IMG/VR virus record: IMGVR_UViG_2534682331_000010
Strand: one strand, 5' to 3'
DNA length: 28,052 nucleotides
From: a virus
Taxonomy: Duplodnaviria; Heunggongvirae; Uroviricota; Caudoviricetes
Below the pieces are notes generated by a model. That model was not told where the DNA came from. It made no database searches and worked only from the letters and a program-made list of their open reading frames with translations. Positions 17,586-27,732 of this stretch are shown here, piece by piece. Positions within the stretch are counted from its first letter, which is position 1, and every line of letters starts with the position of its first letter. The position numbers and the translations under genes are program-made.

Positions 17586-19784
17586 TTACTGCTGTGGTTG
17601 TTGCTGAGTTGATTTTTGCAGGATGCTGCTGATGTCCATGCGCTGCGCATGGCCCTGTGCCTGACTTTTCAGGACAAGCTCTGCATCAGCACGGGCATTA
17701 TCTCCTTGCTGTTGCTGGAACTGTCCGAGCAGTTTCAGCGCCTCACGGATATCAGATTTTTGCTGGCTATCGGCAGATGCGAGGATTTTCACAACATTTG
17801 CCGCAGCAACCTGAGCATCCGTCTGTGCCTGGAATACTTTAACCTGAATGGCTGCTTGTTCGTTCTGCGCTTTCTGCAATTCAGCCTGACCAGCAAGAAG
17901 CTGACCTTGCGCAGCAACCATAGCCGGATCTGGCTGACTGGCCTGTTGTTGTTTCGCCTGCTCAACCATTTGCTGTTCTTCAGGCGTTCTCGGCTTGATA
18001 ACGCCAGACAGAAGCAACTGATTGCGGTTGTATTCTTTCAGGTCGTCCATCCCTTCGCCGTCCATATTGTCGAGAATCATCGACGATACAAGGTCATGCT
18101 TCGGCGTTCCTGGCGGGATAAGTGCCAGCATGGAAAGTAACGACTTAACCGTTGCATCACGGCGAGTAGCGAACGACTGACCGACATCGACAGTCACTTC
18201 ATAGTTACCCTGCGAAAGGTCGTTAAGCGCGATAACCTGCCCTGTCTGACGGTCAACCACTTCACCAGTCATCAGCGCCACGTCATCGCTGCCGTCCTCA
18301 TTAACGATACGCATCGGCGTATCGCTGCCATAGACTTCACGCGCCATAGAAAGCCACACAACGCCAGCGCGACGCATGGATTTAGCCATGTTGTCCATGT
18401 AGATATAGGACTGCGTGTCCATCCGGTTAAAAATGCTATCAACGGTATCGGTGGCGACGTTGCTCGGCATGTTCTCAAGCTGCGACGCACCTGTAATTTG
18501 CTGAATAGCCGTTCCGGTGTACTGCAATAGCCCGGCAAGAGCTGGAGGCATTTGTGTCGGAGGTGTCCAGCCAGCAACCTGAGCTTCTGAAATGACTGTT
18601 CCGTTTTTGTCCTTCTTGCTGGTCATAGGAAGAACTGCAGGTCTTTTCTTATTCCTCTCTGCCCAGTGGTTCATTAATGGGCCGGGAATGAAATCAACAT
18701 CCACGATAGGAATGCCATCACCGCCAGCCTGAGTGGCGTTATCTGCAATCATGGAAACCATCAGGTTCTCAAGACGCTGTGCATCCATCGCTTTTGCTGC
18801 GTGGCCTTCGATTCGCTCCTGATTATCAACAAATGAGCGACGCCCATATACCGGGATGAGAGGAATATGTTCGCCCGGAATACGCTTCGGTTCTTCCAGC
18901 CATTCAGCGCCAGACAGAAGACCGCAATAAACTCTGCGTTTCTTCACTGTCCTCTCACCGATCAGTTCGAATGCGCCATCGGTTAGCTCGTCGACAATAT
19001 CTTTGATTTGCTCTTCATCATAGATTGCCGTTTCTCCGCTAACAGGGTTACGCCATGCTGTGAGCTTCACCTTCTCTATGCGAACTTCGTAGTAGCGCCC
19101 AATATAGATGGCATCAGGCGTTGACCAGTCATATTGAGTACCAGTGTCATCACGAGAAAGACTTGCCGCGATGGAATCAGGGTATTCAGCCTCGAACGCT
19201 TTAGGCGTCATGGAGAACATTTCCATAGCCCACATAGCATCAGAGCGGTCATATTGCTTGCTGTCCTGATCGAAGAAGACGCATGTCGCTGGGTCGTAAA
19301 CAGGAAGAAGGCTGATGCGTCGCTGATCGTTACTTGGGTCCATTTCATCTTCGTAATCAGCACACATGCGGAAACAACCGAATCCGCCCGTTACAGCATC
19401 ATCAAATGCGTTATCACACGCTTCGCCACCGGATGTTTCCTGATAGTCAGCGCGGAATTTGCCGTTCATCTTTTCGGCTAACGCTTCCGATGCCTTATCG
19501 TCCTTCGGCCTGAATTTAACGCTTATGCGATTCTGTCGATACTCGCCAATGATGCGATCACATTCACGGGCAATCTTATTCAGTTCAAAGCGCGGATAAT
19601 GCTCAAACCTGCCTTCATCAAATGAGTAACCAGCGTTTGTGCTGCCTTCCCACTGTGCGCCGGATACCCGGACGAAACGTTGAGCCTCAATAATCTGCTC
19701 ACGCATATCCTGCGTTGCTGACCAGGCATTATCAAAGTTGCACAGCACCTTGCGATGCCAGTCATTCATCTTTTTTTCTGCCAT
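17586..19784 (-). CDS. Portal protein, P22 gp1 family
   Basis: 732 aa with a long Q/A-rich helical C-terminus typical of P22-family portal barrels; immediately downstream of large terminase. Confidence 0.9.
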   Translation of the reverse strand: MAEKKMNDWHRKVLCNFDNAWSATQDMREQIIEAQRFVRVSGAQWEGSTNAGYSFDEGRFEHYPRFELNKIARECDRIIGEYRQNRISVKFRPKDDKASEALAEKMNGKFRADYQETSGGEACDNAFDDAVTGGFGCFRMCADYEDEMDPSNDQRRISLLPVYDPATCVFFDQDSKQYDRSDAMWAMEMFSMTPKAFEAEYPDSIAASLSRDDTGTQYDWSTPDAIYIGRYYEVRIEKVKLTAWRNPVSGETAIYDEEQIKDIVDELTDGAFELIGERTVKKRRVYCGLLSGAEWLEEPKRIPGEHIPLIPVYGRRSFVDNQERIEGHAAKAMDAQRLENLMVSMIADNATQAGGDGIPIVDVDFIPGPLMNHWAERNKKRPAVLPMTSKKDKNGTVISEAQVAGWTPPTQMPPALAGLLQYTGTAIQQITGASQLENMPSNVATDTVDSIFNRMDTQSYIYMDNMAKSMRRAGVVWLSMAREVYGSDTPMRIVNEDGSDDVALMTGEVVDRQTGQVIALNDLSQGNYEVTVDVGQSFATRRDATVKSLLSMLALIPPGTPKHDLVSSMILDNMDGEGMDDLKEYNRNQLLLSGVIKPRTPEEQQMVEQAKQQQASQPDPAMVAAQGQLLAGQAELQKAQNEQAAIQVKVFQAQTDAQVAAANVVKILASADSQQKSDIREALKLLGQFQQQQGDNARADAELVLKSQAQGHAQRMDISSILQKSTQQQPQQ

Positions 19785-19785
19785 A

Positions 19786-21201
19786 TCAACCTACACCACA
19801 AGGAATTGAGTAACTGGAATAGTCGGGTTGCGCAGCCGACTCCGGGCAATGCATGCACATCATCAGCGCATCAGCCAGGTTAGGAGATGGAATACCGAGC
19901 TTCTGCTTCATTTCGACCTTAGTCATAAGCTCCAGCTTCCCGTTGTTATTGAATTTGCGCTGAATCTGCGTCAGTTCTGCAAACAGCTTCTCCAGCATAT
20001 TCTCGCCTATCGCTTCTTTGTCGAAACTCAGCATGTCGTCGGGGTCTGCATACTCACCGTGGACAACCGCCCGATATGTCAGATACAGCCTGTCAGCCAG
20101 CACGTAATAGAATTGCGCTCGCTTATTGCGGAACACATCACCAATAGTGCGAACGTTGTCACCCTGTACGACTTCATCAGCCCATGCTCCGGCCTGATAC
20201 GGCGCATCTTCATCGAATGGCGATTCACTTCCCTTGAACATCGTGGCGGTGATTTTCTTGCCGGAGAACGCTTCCGTTGTCTGTCTGCGTAGGCCCGCAC
20301 CGACGCCATCACCGTCCCACAGGTAATGGTCAGCGCCGTCTTCAATCGCCAGCGAAGTAGCCCAGTCAGCACCCTCGTTGATGTCCATCAGCAGGCCTTC
20401 GGCAATGCGCTTAACAACCGAACCGTGACGCGATGCATAACCTTTAGCATCTGGCCCTGTATCTGATGGGTCATGCGCAGAGACAACCGCGCCCTTCGCT
20501 TTCCATCCGAGTTTCTTGTGCGCATCGGTTGCGGCTTCAAGCCATTCACGTTTGATGATTGCCATATCACTTGCGCTTACTGGCTCACCAAGCCAGATGT
20601 GACGATACAGTGTCGGATTTCTGCGTTTACACTCTTCCATCTCCAGACGGAGAACTTCAGGAAAGTGCGGGTTGTCGGTGTAGTTCACCGTCAGCAGACA
20701 AATATCATCAGGAGGATTTACGACGAATCGCTGATAGGTATCGTCGAGGATGTTCTTCGGGTTAAAGCTCACCCATATTTCAGAGAACGGCTTACGGATG
20801 GTTGGTATCAGGATATCCCATGATTCCTTCGTTACCGCTTCCGCTTCTTCCACCCAGCAGATATCAATGCCTTCGAGCGATTTAATCTTCGTCGGGTTGT
20901 TTTTGATGCCGTAGAACATGAATTCAGCATTCGTTCCGAGATGACGAATCATTGAACGCTGAATTTCAAACTCAGCCGAATACCCTTCCCGCTCTATGGT
21001 GTCTTCAAGCAACCGGATTACCGAATCGCTGATACTGTTTTGCAGTTCACGAGCGCAGAGAATACGCACAGGCTGCCGGCGCGCCGCTTCAACAAGCAGC
21101 CTCGCAATTGCCCATGACTTACCGCTACCTCGACCGCCTTTGGCGACTTTGTAGCGATGCGCCTCAATGAACGGTTCAAAGATAGGATTAATCGAGGTCA
21201 T
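19786..21201 (-). CDS. Terminase large subunit
   Basis: 471 aa; Walker A KGGRGSGKS near the N-terminus, acidic nuclease-domain motifs; size matches Sf6-type TerL. Confidence 0.95.
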   Translation of the reverse strand: MTSINPIFEPFIEAHRYKVAKGGRGSGKSWAIARLLVEAARRQPVRILCARELQNSISDSVIRLLEDTIEREGYSAEFEIQRSMIRHLGTNAEFMFYGIKNNPTKIKSLEGIDICWVEEAEAVTKESWDILIPTIRKPFSEIWVSFNPKNILDDTYQRFVVNPPDDICLLTVNYTDNPHFPEVLRLEMEECKRRNPTLYRHIWLGEPVSASDMAIIKREWLEAATDAHKKLGWKAKGAVVSAHDPSDTGPDAKGYASRHGSVVKRIAEGLLMDINEGADWATSLAIEDGADHYLWDGDGVGAGLRRQTTEAFSGKKITATMFKGSESPFDEDAPYQAGAWADEVVQGDNVRTIGDVFRNKRAQFYYVLADRLYLTYRAVVHGEYADPDDMLSFDKEAIGENMLEKLFAELTQIQRKFNNNGKLELMTKVEMKQKLGIPSPNLADALMMCMHCPESAAQPDYSSYSIPCGVG

Positions 21202-21638
21202 TTTCCAAATAGAGTGCTCATCGGTGATGTTTCAATCTGGATTGCGCCGCCGTCTTTGCCTGTTAGCTCGTGATCAACCTTGTCGCGCCATTTATCCTTC
21301 TGTCGGTTCTTAAGCCAGAAAATGGCAGCGGTTGTATCAGGCGGGTAATACTTCTCAAGCGGAGTTTCGACAATTCTGTTTTCAATAACACGAATATCGA
21401 TGTCTGGAGCCACGAAGCCCATAGCGCGTTGATAAAGACGATCACTAACTTCTGCATCAGCGACGGCCTTACCCTTTTTTATGGACTCCGAAAACTTAGG
21501 ATAATCAAGCTTCCACTTGTTAATAGTTGACTCACTGACTTCGAAGAAATCAGCAAGCTCTGCATCGGTGTAGCCCAGCAAGCACAGTTTGCGTGCCTGT
21601 TCGGCGTACGCCTCTTGATACTTTGTTGGGCGCGCCAT
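21198..21638 (-). CDS. Terminase small subunit
   Basis: 146 aa with an N-terminal HTH-like segment (SESTINKWK); ATGA overlap with the large terminase gene. Confidence 0.8.
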   Translation of the reverse strand: MARPTKYQEAYAEQARKLCLLGYTDAELADFFEVSESTINKWKLDYPKFSESIKKGKAVADAEVSDRLYQRAMGFVAPDIDIRVIENRIVETPLEKYYPPDTTAAIFWLKNRQKDKWRDKVDHELTGKDGGAIQIETSPMSTLFGK

Positions 21639-21640
21639 GT

Positions 21641-21883
21641 TTATGCTCCGGTAGTGAACAGGTCTAACGCTTCCTTCGATTTACGCACCGCTTCGATAGT
21701 GCGGGTCGTGATATCCGAATTAGCGCCGCCTGACTGGAAGTGAATTTTGAATAGCTCAAGCTTCAGCTCGTCAGTGCCAATGAATTGAAATGCTTCTTCT
21801 GCGGCTGCGTTCTGGTTCATGACCAGTTTGTAAATCTCTAACTGGAATTTCTGTTCTTCAGTCATGGGAATAATCTCTGCCAT
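21641..21883 (-). CDS. Hypothetical 80-aa protein upstream of small terminase
   Basis: ORF ending 3 nt before the terminase small subunit start; no recognisable family. Confidence 0.5.
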   Translation of the reverse strand: MAEIIPMTEEQKFQLEIYKLVMNQNAAAEEAFQFIGTDELKLELFKIHFQSGGANSDITTRTIEAVRKSKEALDLFTTGA

Positions 21884-22110
21884 TGTTGGCTCCGTTTATC
21901 CGTTAAAAGGGATATCAGTTAAGTTATCCCGTGTAGGGTATAAGCCATTGTCGAGACCACTCATTGAATGGTCTCTGCAATAACCGATGTCTTTCCATCA
22001 GTCCGCCACCACAAAGAATCTTTTTTGCCATAAGGCTGGAGGTTCATCTTTCAGTGGCTGCCAGTGTTATTTCCCCACTTTCTGGCTTGGGTTGTTTCGC
22101 TGTACTGCCG

Positions 22111-22653
22111 TTAATTGGTGAGTCCGGGGATTACGGTTTGCCCGTGCTGTTCAAGGCGTTCAATTCTCGCCAGTAGCTGAGGCTTCTTAATTTTTCCCCA
22201 GCGATTAAGCAGGCGGCCTGACATACTGGCAACATCCTTCTCTTTCATGTACTCCAGCATTACGGCATTTCTCTCTTCTTCAAATTGACGATGACCAACC
22301 TGAAGCATGGCGTACATCCAGTTGAATGCGTTGATGTAAGCAATTTTGATACGCATTGCTTCTTTTTTGGTGTAGGACATAACCAAAAGCATCAACCCAT
22401 CCTTGCGGAGACGGTAGAATTTTTGCGGCTTACCATTCTGTAACTCATTGTTTTTATAGCAAAGCTCAAAGTTGAGCTTTGTATCAAACTCAGGAGGGCA
22501 AGCTTCTATGGTTCGTTCAATGTCACGAACCACGTTCTTCGGCAGCTTTCCAAATGCTTTTGCCACCATAAAAGAATCTGTAACCGGATCGTTGTTTGCT
22601 ACAAAAATTAGGTCTCTGAAATCTATATCGTTAACAACGGTTGGGTAGTTCAT
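22111..22653 (-). CDS. rha: Phage regulatory protein Rha
   Basis: 180 aa; N-terminal pattern FVANNDPVTDSFMVAKAFGKLPKNVVRDIERTI is characteristic of Rha-family proteins; location between lysis and terminase genes as in P22. Confidence 0.8.
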   Translation of the reverse strand: MNYPTVVNDIDFRDLIFVANNDPVTDSFMVAKAFGKLPKNVVRDIERTIEACPPEFDTKLNFELCYKNNELQNGKPQKFYRLRKDGLMLLVMSYTKKEAMRIKIAYINAFNWMYAMLQVGHRQFEEERNAVMLEYMKEKDVASMSGRLLNRWGKIKKPQLLARIERLEQHGQTVIPGLTN

Positions 22654-22801
22654 TGCGTCTTTACCTTTTAGAAAGATGAGCCTGTTCGCACAGAAAAGCC
22701 GTCCCCGAGATGGTCGCCACCATATACGGCAATTCTCAGGCTCAGCTTTCTGAAAGACTCGGGATTGTTACGCGCTGCGATGCGCGGTTTACTGCAGATG
22801 T

Positions 22802-22825
22802 AAAAAAGCCCCGCAAATGCGAGGC
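22802..22825 (-). terminator. Rho-independent terminator-like hairpin between the lysis cassette and rha
   Basis: Minus strand GCCUCGC-AUUU-GCGGGGC followed by U6. Confidence 0.45.
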
Positions 22826-22999
22826 TAAATCCTGGTATTTGTAATGACTGGCTCTTATCTCAACGCAGCCCCTTACCGCGCGCCAGATGCTCAATATCAA
22901 GCATCAGCAATGAGATGTTTAATCTGGATTCACTCCAGAGGTGATCATCACCCTGTCTACAGAGCCAGATGTGAAGGATGATGAGTAAAATTATCGCTA

Positions 23000-23467
23000 T
23001 CATCGAAGGCATTGCGTCCTGATGTATTCCTGAAGCGTTCTCAGTGCTGTTTGGTCGCGGATAATTCCGCCCCGGATACCGAGAACGTTTCGTCCAGCAA
23101 CTGGAGAGAGTTCGACGGTGGCATCATTGCCCATGCCGGAGGCGCTGGAGGCTTCGGCTGAGGATGGCACAGGGCATTTTCCTTTGACGAGCACCCTGCC
23201 ACCATTACCAAGCTTGCGCCGAAGAGCATCATTTTCAGCTTTCGCATCAGCTAACTCCTTCGTGTATTTAGCATCGAGCGCAGCAACATCACGCTGACGC
23301 TGATGCATGTCAGTAATGATCGCGTTCGCCTTCTCCAGTTCACTGGCTTTGTTATCGCGCTGCTCTTTGTAGGCGATGGCGTTATCACGGTAATGATTAA
23401 CAGCCCATGACAGGCAGACGATGATGCAGATAACCAGAGCGGAGATAATCGCGGTTAACCTGCTCAT
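23000..23467 (-). CDS. Rz i-spanin
   Basis: 155 aa from the ATG at 23467 (ATGA overlap with the endolysin gene). [31 protein letters not shown]...[19 protein letters not shown] closely resembles lambda Rz. Confidence 0.9.
   Translation of the reverse strand: MSRLTAIISALVICIIVCLSWAVNHYRDNAIAYKEQRDNKASELEKANAIITDMHQRQRDVAALDAKYTKELADAKAENDALRRKLGNGGRVLVKGKCPVPSSAEASSASGMGNDATVELSPVAGRNVLGIRGGIIRDQTALRTLQEYIRTQCLR
23041..23247 (-). CDS. Rz1 o-spanin lipoprotein, embedded in Rz in an alternate frame
   Basis: Lipobox VAGC followed by a proline-rich segment ([11 protein letters not shown]), as in lambda Rz1. Exact start uncertain. Confidence 0.8.
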   Translation of the reverse strand: MRKLKMMLFGASLVMVAGCSSKENALCHPQPKPPAPPAWAMMPPSNSLQLLDETFSVSGAELSATKQH

Positions 23468-23961
23468 TGCTGACCCCACAAACAGACTTCACGCTCAATC
23501 TCACGGCGAGTCATCAGCCCTTTCCATTGCTTACCGCCAGCGTATGTCCAGCGACGTAGCTGGTCACATGCGCCTTTGATATCGCCCTGGTTTATTTTGC
23601 GAAGAAGCGTCGATGTTCTGAAATTTCCAGCGCCCACGTTGTAAACGAACAAGTAAAGAGCGCCGCGCGTTGTTTCCGGTATATCAACTTTTATGTACGG
23701 GTTAATTTGTCTGGCGACCGTGGCAAGGTCTTTATTCAGGAGGGCTTTGCATTCTGCTTTGGTATACGTTTTACCGAGCATGATGTCTTTTCCTGTATGC
23801 CCGTGACATACAGTCCATACACCAACAATATCTTTGTATGGTATGTAGCTGACACCTTCCAGACCATCGTTACCACTTGGGCCAGTGATTAACACTGATG
23901 CTATAGCAATTGCTCCGCCACCAATAGCAGCAGCAACGGCTTTTCGTAATGATGGAGGCAT
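23464..23961 (-). CDS. SAR endolysin (phage-21 R-type lysozyme)
   Basis: 165 aa; Gly/Ala-rich signal-anchor-release N-terminus ([20 protein letters not shown]) followed by a lysozyme domain. Near-identical to the phage 21 / DLP12 endolysin as I recall it. Confidence 0.92.
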   Translation of the reverse strand: MPPSLRKAVAAAIGGGAIAIASVLITGPSGNDGLEGVSYIPYKDIVGVWTVCHGHTGKDIMLGKTYTKAECKALLNKDLATVARQINPYIKVDIPETTRGALYLFVYNVGAGNFRTSTLLRKINQGDIKGACDQLRRWTYAGGKQWKGLMTRREIEREVCLWGQQ

Positions 23962-24176
23962 TATTCACCTCTCGCAGCCTTGCGCTTATCTTCTTTAATC
24001 TTGAAATAGAGGTTTGTCAGGTACGTCAGCAGGCCAAATACCAGGCTACCCAGCACACCTATTGCTGCCCACTGTGAGGGCGTGACTTTATCGAGCAGCT
24101 GTAAAAACCAGTAACCGGCACTACCTGCTGAGGTGCCATAGGCGACACCCGTTGTTAACTTATCCATGGATTTCAT
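23961..24176 (-). CDS. Pinholin (S21-type class II holin) with dual-start motif
   Basis: 71 aa from [24 protein letters not shown]...; Met1-Lys-Ser-Met4 dual start; two TM segments; strong SD upstream. Confidence 0.9.
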
Positions 24177-24764
24177 AACCCCACCTCGCAGACAAAGCGG
24201 GTGTAAATTGAGGGAATACAACGTATCGCAAAAAAGCAGAAACGTAACAGACTCGGAGTCAGTGAATAACTCAGGTATTGAGTTATCAGCTAATATCGAG
24301 ACTCAAAAAATGGAAAAACCAGCTCGACGGCGGGTTTAAGCTGTGTGACGAAGTAACCACTCTTAACAGCATAACCAATTTTTTACGTACGTAAACCACT
24401 GAATGATATTTATGAGAATGCTACCGAGTGTTCAAAACTCCACCACAAATACATAAGAAAACCTCAACAAATAACCAATAAATAATTTCAGACGTTATTT
24501 TTAGTTGATTTAAATTAAACTGTCGAATTATAGAACCCCCATAAATAACAGCCATTAATATAAATTAGCTAACAGGTTTATTTTTGTTCAAATAAGAGCC
24601 ATAAATAGGTTTCGATAGAAAAAGTTCAGATAAAAATAGAGATCTACTTCACAAATTAAATGAGAAACTAAAACTTACATCTTGAAATAATCACATTGAT
24701 TAGATGAATATTTATCGCGCAGTGACATCATTTTTTAATAATAGTTCAAAAAAAAGGGCTCACG

Positions 24765-25847
24765 ATGAAAAAATTAACAGTGGCAATTTCTGCTGTAGCT
24801 GCATCAGTACTGATGGCGATGTCTGCTCAGGCAGCTGAAATTTATAATAAAGACAGTAACAAGCTGGATCTGTACGGGAAAGTTAATGCTAAGCACTACT
24901 TCTCCTCTAATGATGCAGATGATGGTGATACTACTTATGCCCGTCTTGGCTTCAAAGGTGAAACCCAAATCAACGATCAACTGACTGGTTTCGGTCAGTG
25001 GGAATATGAATTCAAAGGCAACCGCGCTGAATCTCAAGGTTCCTCCAAAGACAAAACCCGTCTTGCATTTGCAGGCCTGAAATTCGGTGACTACGGCTCA
25101 ATCGATTACGGCCGTAACTACGGTGTAGCATACGACATCGGTGCGTGGACTGACGTTCTGCCAGAATTCGGTGGCGATACCTGGACCCAAACAGATGTAT
25201 TCATGACTGGTCGCACCACAGGTGTTGCAACTTATCGTAACAACGACTTCTTTGGTCTGGTTGATGGCCTGAACTTTGCAGCTCAGTATCAGGGCAAAAA
25301 TGACCGAAATGAAGTAACTGAAGCTAATGGCGATGGTTTCGGTTTCTCAACTACTTATGAGTATGAAGGATTCGGCGTGGGTGCAACCTATGCTAAATCT
25401 GATCGCACTAATAATCAGGTTATCTACGGTAACAACGGTCTGAATGCTTCTGGTCAAAATGCTGAAGTATGGGCAGCTGGTCTGAAATATGATGCGAACA
25501 ACATCTATCTGGCCACCACCTATTCTGAAACCCAGAACATGACTGTTTTTGGTAATAACCATATTGCCAACAAAGCACAAAACTTCGAAGCTGTTGCACA
25601 ATATCAGTTCGACTTCGGCCTGCGTCCATCCGTTGCTTACCTGCATTCTAAAGGAAAAGACTTGGGTGTTTGGGGTGATCAGGACCTGGTTGAATATGTT
25701 GATGTAGGTGCAACCTATTACTTCAACAAAAATATGTCCACTTTTGTTGACTACAAAATCAACCTGATTGATAAGAGCGATTTCACGAAAGCATCTGGCG
25801 TTGCTACCGATGATATCGTTGCTGTAGGTATGGTTTACCAGTTCTAA
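24765..25847 (+). CDS. nmpC: Phage-encoded general porin (OmpC/OmpF family; NmpC/Lc-like)
   Basis: 360 aa; signal peptide ending [11 protein letters not shown]; classical enterobacterial porin motifs and C-terminal ...VAVGMVYQF. Preceded by ~540 bp of AT-rich non-coding DNA. Symbol assigned from the DLP12-like position between Q and the holin. Confidence 0.9.
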   Translation: MKKLTVAISAVAASVLMAMSAQAAEIYNKDSNKLDLYGKVNAKHYFSSNDADDGDTTYARLGFKGETQINDQLTGFGQWEYEFKGNRAESQGSSKDKTRLAFAGLKFGDYGSIDYGRNYGVAYDIGAWTDVLPEFGGDTWTQTDVFMTGRTTGVATYRNNDFFGLVDGLNFAAQYQGKNDRNEVTEANGDGFGFSTTYEYEGFGVGATYAKSDRTNNQVIYGNNGLNASGQNAEVWAAGLKYDANNIYLATTYSETQNMTVFGNNHIANKAQNFEAVAQYQFDFGLRPSVAYLHSKGKDLGVWGDQDLVEYVDVGATYYFNKNMSTFVDYKINLIDKSDFTKASGVATDDIVAVGMVYQF

Positions 25848-25983
25848 TTTGATTACTAAAAGATATGTTGTGGGAGGCTTTGCCTCCCCAACATATAAGT
25901 GGCTCCCTCAAGCCACTTCCTTTAGAAGCACAACCTTGCTTCTAACTATACAAACCTTCTGTTATATATTACCCTTTATTTTT

Positions 25984-26001
25984 GGGGGCGTTTCAACGCC
26001 C
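25984..26001 (+). terminator. Porin terminator: GGGGCG-TTTCAA-CGCCCC hairpin with T-run
   Basis: GC-rich stem followed by ATTTTTAATAA on the plus strand, 35 bp from the Q stop. Confidence 0.6.
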
Positions 26002-26035
26002 CATTTTTAATAACTTTTAGTAAATAATTGGCGTA

Positions 26036-26419
26036 TTAATTAGAGTTATTAACAACGATATCCATCTCTAACCGGATATCTAATGCCATTAACATCCCTT
26101 CAATTATGCCCTCAGCCTTTTGTAACCTTTTCCCGATATAACCATCAGAGCAGCAATGCTTCCCTGCCAGTGACATGAATGTCATACCGACTACATAATA
26201 ATCTACTAATAAATCGTGCAAATCGCTGTTGTTCTTTTTCAGACGGGCCATGCACCCGCAAATGATCATCGCGTCATCGTCACAACATTGCGGGCGAGAT
26301 TTTACTTTTGAAGGAATTAATCCCTTAAAACCGGCGGCAATGGACGACCAGGTCACATCTTCATGATTATTAGCCGCCCACGCTCCCCAACGCTCAAGAA
26401 CCATCTGAATATCACGCAT
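26036..26419 (-). CDS. Late-gene antiterminator Q (phage-21 / QuuD type)
   Basis: 127 aa from [24 protein letters not shown]...; Cys-rich zinc-binding segment ([13 protein letters not shown]). Position and sequence match DLP12 QuuD as I recall it. Confidence 0.85.
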   Translation of the reverse strand: MRDIQMVLERWGAWAANNHEDVTWSSIAAGFKGLIPSKVKSRPQCCDDDAMIICGCMARLKKNNSDLHDLLVDYYVVGMTFMSLAGKHCCSDGYIGKRLQKAEGIIEGMLMALDIRLEMDIVVNNSN

Positions 26420-26505
26420 CAACTTACTCCACAAAAACTCAGACCAGAACGCCAATTACAAGCAAAAATCAACAAAACAGTATTAGTTGATTGTTATCTC
26501 TGACT

Positions 26506-26628
26506 TCATACTCCTGCTCCTGTCAGTGTTTTGGCGTAATTCTTCAGTATTCGGTAATCGGTCAAAACAGAACCGGGGAAACGATATAAGCGCAGACGCC
26601 CCCAGCGGTGGCGAAGAAGTTCTGCCAT
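26506..26628 (-). CDS. Small YlcG-like protein (40 aa)
   Basis: Short ORF MAELLRHRWGRLRLYRFPGSVLTDYRILKNYAKTLTGAGV between rusA and Q, where DLP12 has ylcG. Too short for confident calling. Confidence 0.35.
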   Translation of the reverse strand: MAELLRHRWGRLRLYRFPGSVLTDYRILKNYAKTLTGAGV

Positions 26629-26642
26629 ATTAAACTCAAACA

Positions 26643-27005
26643 TCATTCATTCCCCATTTCGGTGATGGTCAGTTCCAGCCTCCCACCTTTGGTAACAGGC
26701 ATCTTCACAACGCGGTAATCAACGACCTGAGCATCATCCAGCCAGAAACCTGCTTTAGTGAGTGCGTCAAAAGCGGCTTTTTGCAGATTATCCAGGTCAC
26801 GGCGACGGCGATCCGGCATGTGGCACTCAATGCGGATTTTCACAGGCATAGCCAGGCCGATATCCAGCATTGCGTTTTTAATGATTCGGGCGACGTTATC
26901 GCGGTATGCCTGCCCCTCTGCGCTGACGTGCGTGCGCCCGCGATTATGGCGGTAATAGCGATTATTGCTCGGAGGCCAGGGTAATGTGATGCTGTAGGTA
27001 TTCAC
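26643..27005 (-). CDS. rusA: Holliday junction resolvase RusA
   Basis: 120 aa, GTG start; [36 protein letters not shown]... matches RusA. Confidence 0.92.
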   Translation of the reverse strand: MNTYSITLPWPPSNNRYYRHNRGRTHVSAEGQAYRDNVARIIKNAMLDIGLAMPVKIRIECHMPDRRRRDLDNLQKAAFDALTKAGFWLDDAQVVDYRVVKMPVTKGGRLELTITEMGNE

Positions 27006-27024
27006 GCCTTAATAACCCCCTCTT

Positions 27025-27219
27025 TCAGCCAGATAACCTGTGTTCTCGCCATACCTTCCAGCGCGTATTCTTTTGCATATGCAGCATCGACTTGCTTGGC
27101 ATGCCCTTTACCGGCAATCTTCTGTATGCGCTAAACCTAGATAGAATCCACTCTGTGCACATTGAAGCCCGCTCTATGCTTCCTTTCAGGTATTGAAGGG
27201 ATTGAGATAGGCTAAGCAT
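27025..27219 (-). CDS. NinF-like small ORF; likely decayed or mosaic
   Basis: First ~19 residues ([18 protein letters not shown]) resemble lambda NinF, then the sequence diverges. A different frame over 27002-27120 encodes a YbcO-like C-terminus (...[24 protein letters not shown]) ending in GTGA overlap with rusA. Neither frame gives a full-length homolog. Confidence 0.3.
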   Translation of the reverse strand: MLSLSQSLQYLKGSIERASMCTEWILSRFSAYRRLPVKGMPSKSMLHMQKNTRWKVWREHRLSG

Positions 27220-27559
27220 TATTGGCCTCCTGCATCAGGAGAAAGACAATCATGGCGGCGCGGAGAGGTCTGGTATCAAATATTGGGCTTACGCCTTTTG
27301 CATCCACACACCATTCAGTTAACTGGTCTAAGATAGAAATCCTGTATTTCTCAATAATCGGCCATGAAGCGCTCGGATCATTGCAGTAGTCAGGCAAATG
27401 ATTTAATGGCTCAAAAGTTGTATCAGCATTTCCGTAATACCATTTGTTGGTGTTATTCCCTGATGTTTCCGGTTTACTTGCCCAAAGTCCTTTAAAAATT
27501 ATGTCTCCTACCATTCTGTTAATTTCAAAATCACTTAACTGTGAATAATCCATTGTCAT
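27212..27559 (-). CDS. Hypothetical nin-region protein (115 aa)
   Basis: ATGA overlap with the ninE stop at 27556-27559; starts [21 protein letters not shown]...; no family assigned. Confidence 0.6.
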   Translation of the reverse strand: MTMDYSQLSDFEINRMVGDIIFKGLWASKPETSGNNTNKWYYGNADTTFEPLNHLPDYCNDPSASWPIIEKYRISILDQLTEWCVDAKGVSPIFDTRPLRAAMIVFLLMQEANNA

Positions 27560-27732
27560 TTCCTCGCACGATATCTTAGCCACCGGATATCCCACAGGTG
27601 AGCTGTGTAATTGAAGGTTTTTACGTCAGATTCTTTTGGGATTGGCTTGCGTTTATTTCTGGAGCGTTTCGTTGGAAGGTATTTGCAGTTTTCGCAGATG
27701 ATGTCGGTGAAACTTCGTCGCTGTCGCCTCAT
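27556..27732 (-). CDS. ninE: NinE
   Basis: 58 aa; [58 protein letters not shown] closely matches lambda NinE as I recall it. Confidence 0.85.
   Translation of the reverse strand: MRRQRRSFTDIICENCKYLPTKRSRNKRKPIPKESDVKTFNYTAHLWDIRWLRYRARK

Noticed and set aside
17616..18140. 174-aa plus-strand ORF and other antisense ORFs within the portal gene
   Set aside because: Shadow ORFs opposite the portal coding frame.
21884..22110. Possible tRNA or small RNA in the rha-terminase gap (7-bp-stem hairpin GAGACCA...TGGTCTC)
   Set aside because: No T-arm GGTTCGA-like motif or cloverleaf could be built by eye; left as an unexplained hairpin.
21964..22176. 70-aa plus-strand ORF
   Set aside because: Overlaps the rha 3' end antisense; low-complexity product, no start context.
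24804..25646. Minus-strand ORFs of 77, 99 and 69 aa inside the porin gene
   Set aside because: Antisense to a well-supported porin coding frame; no independent support.
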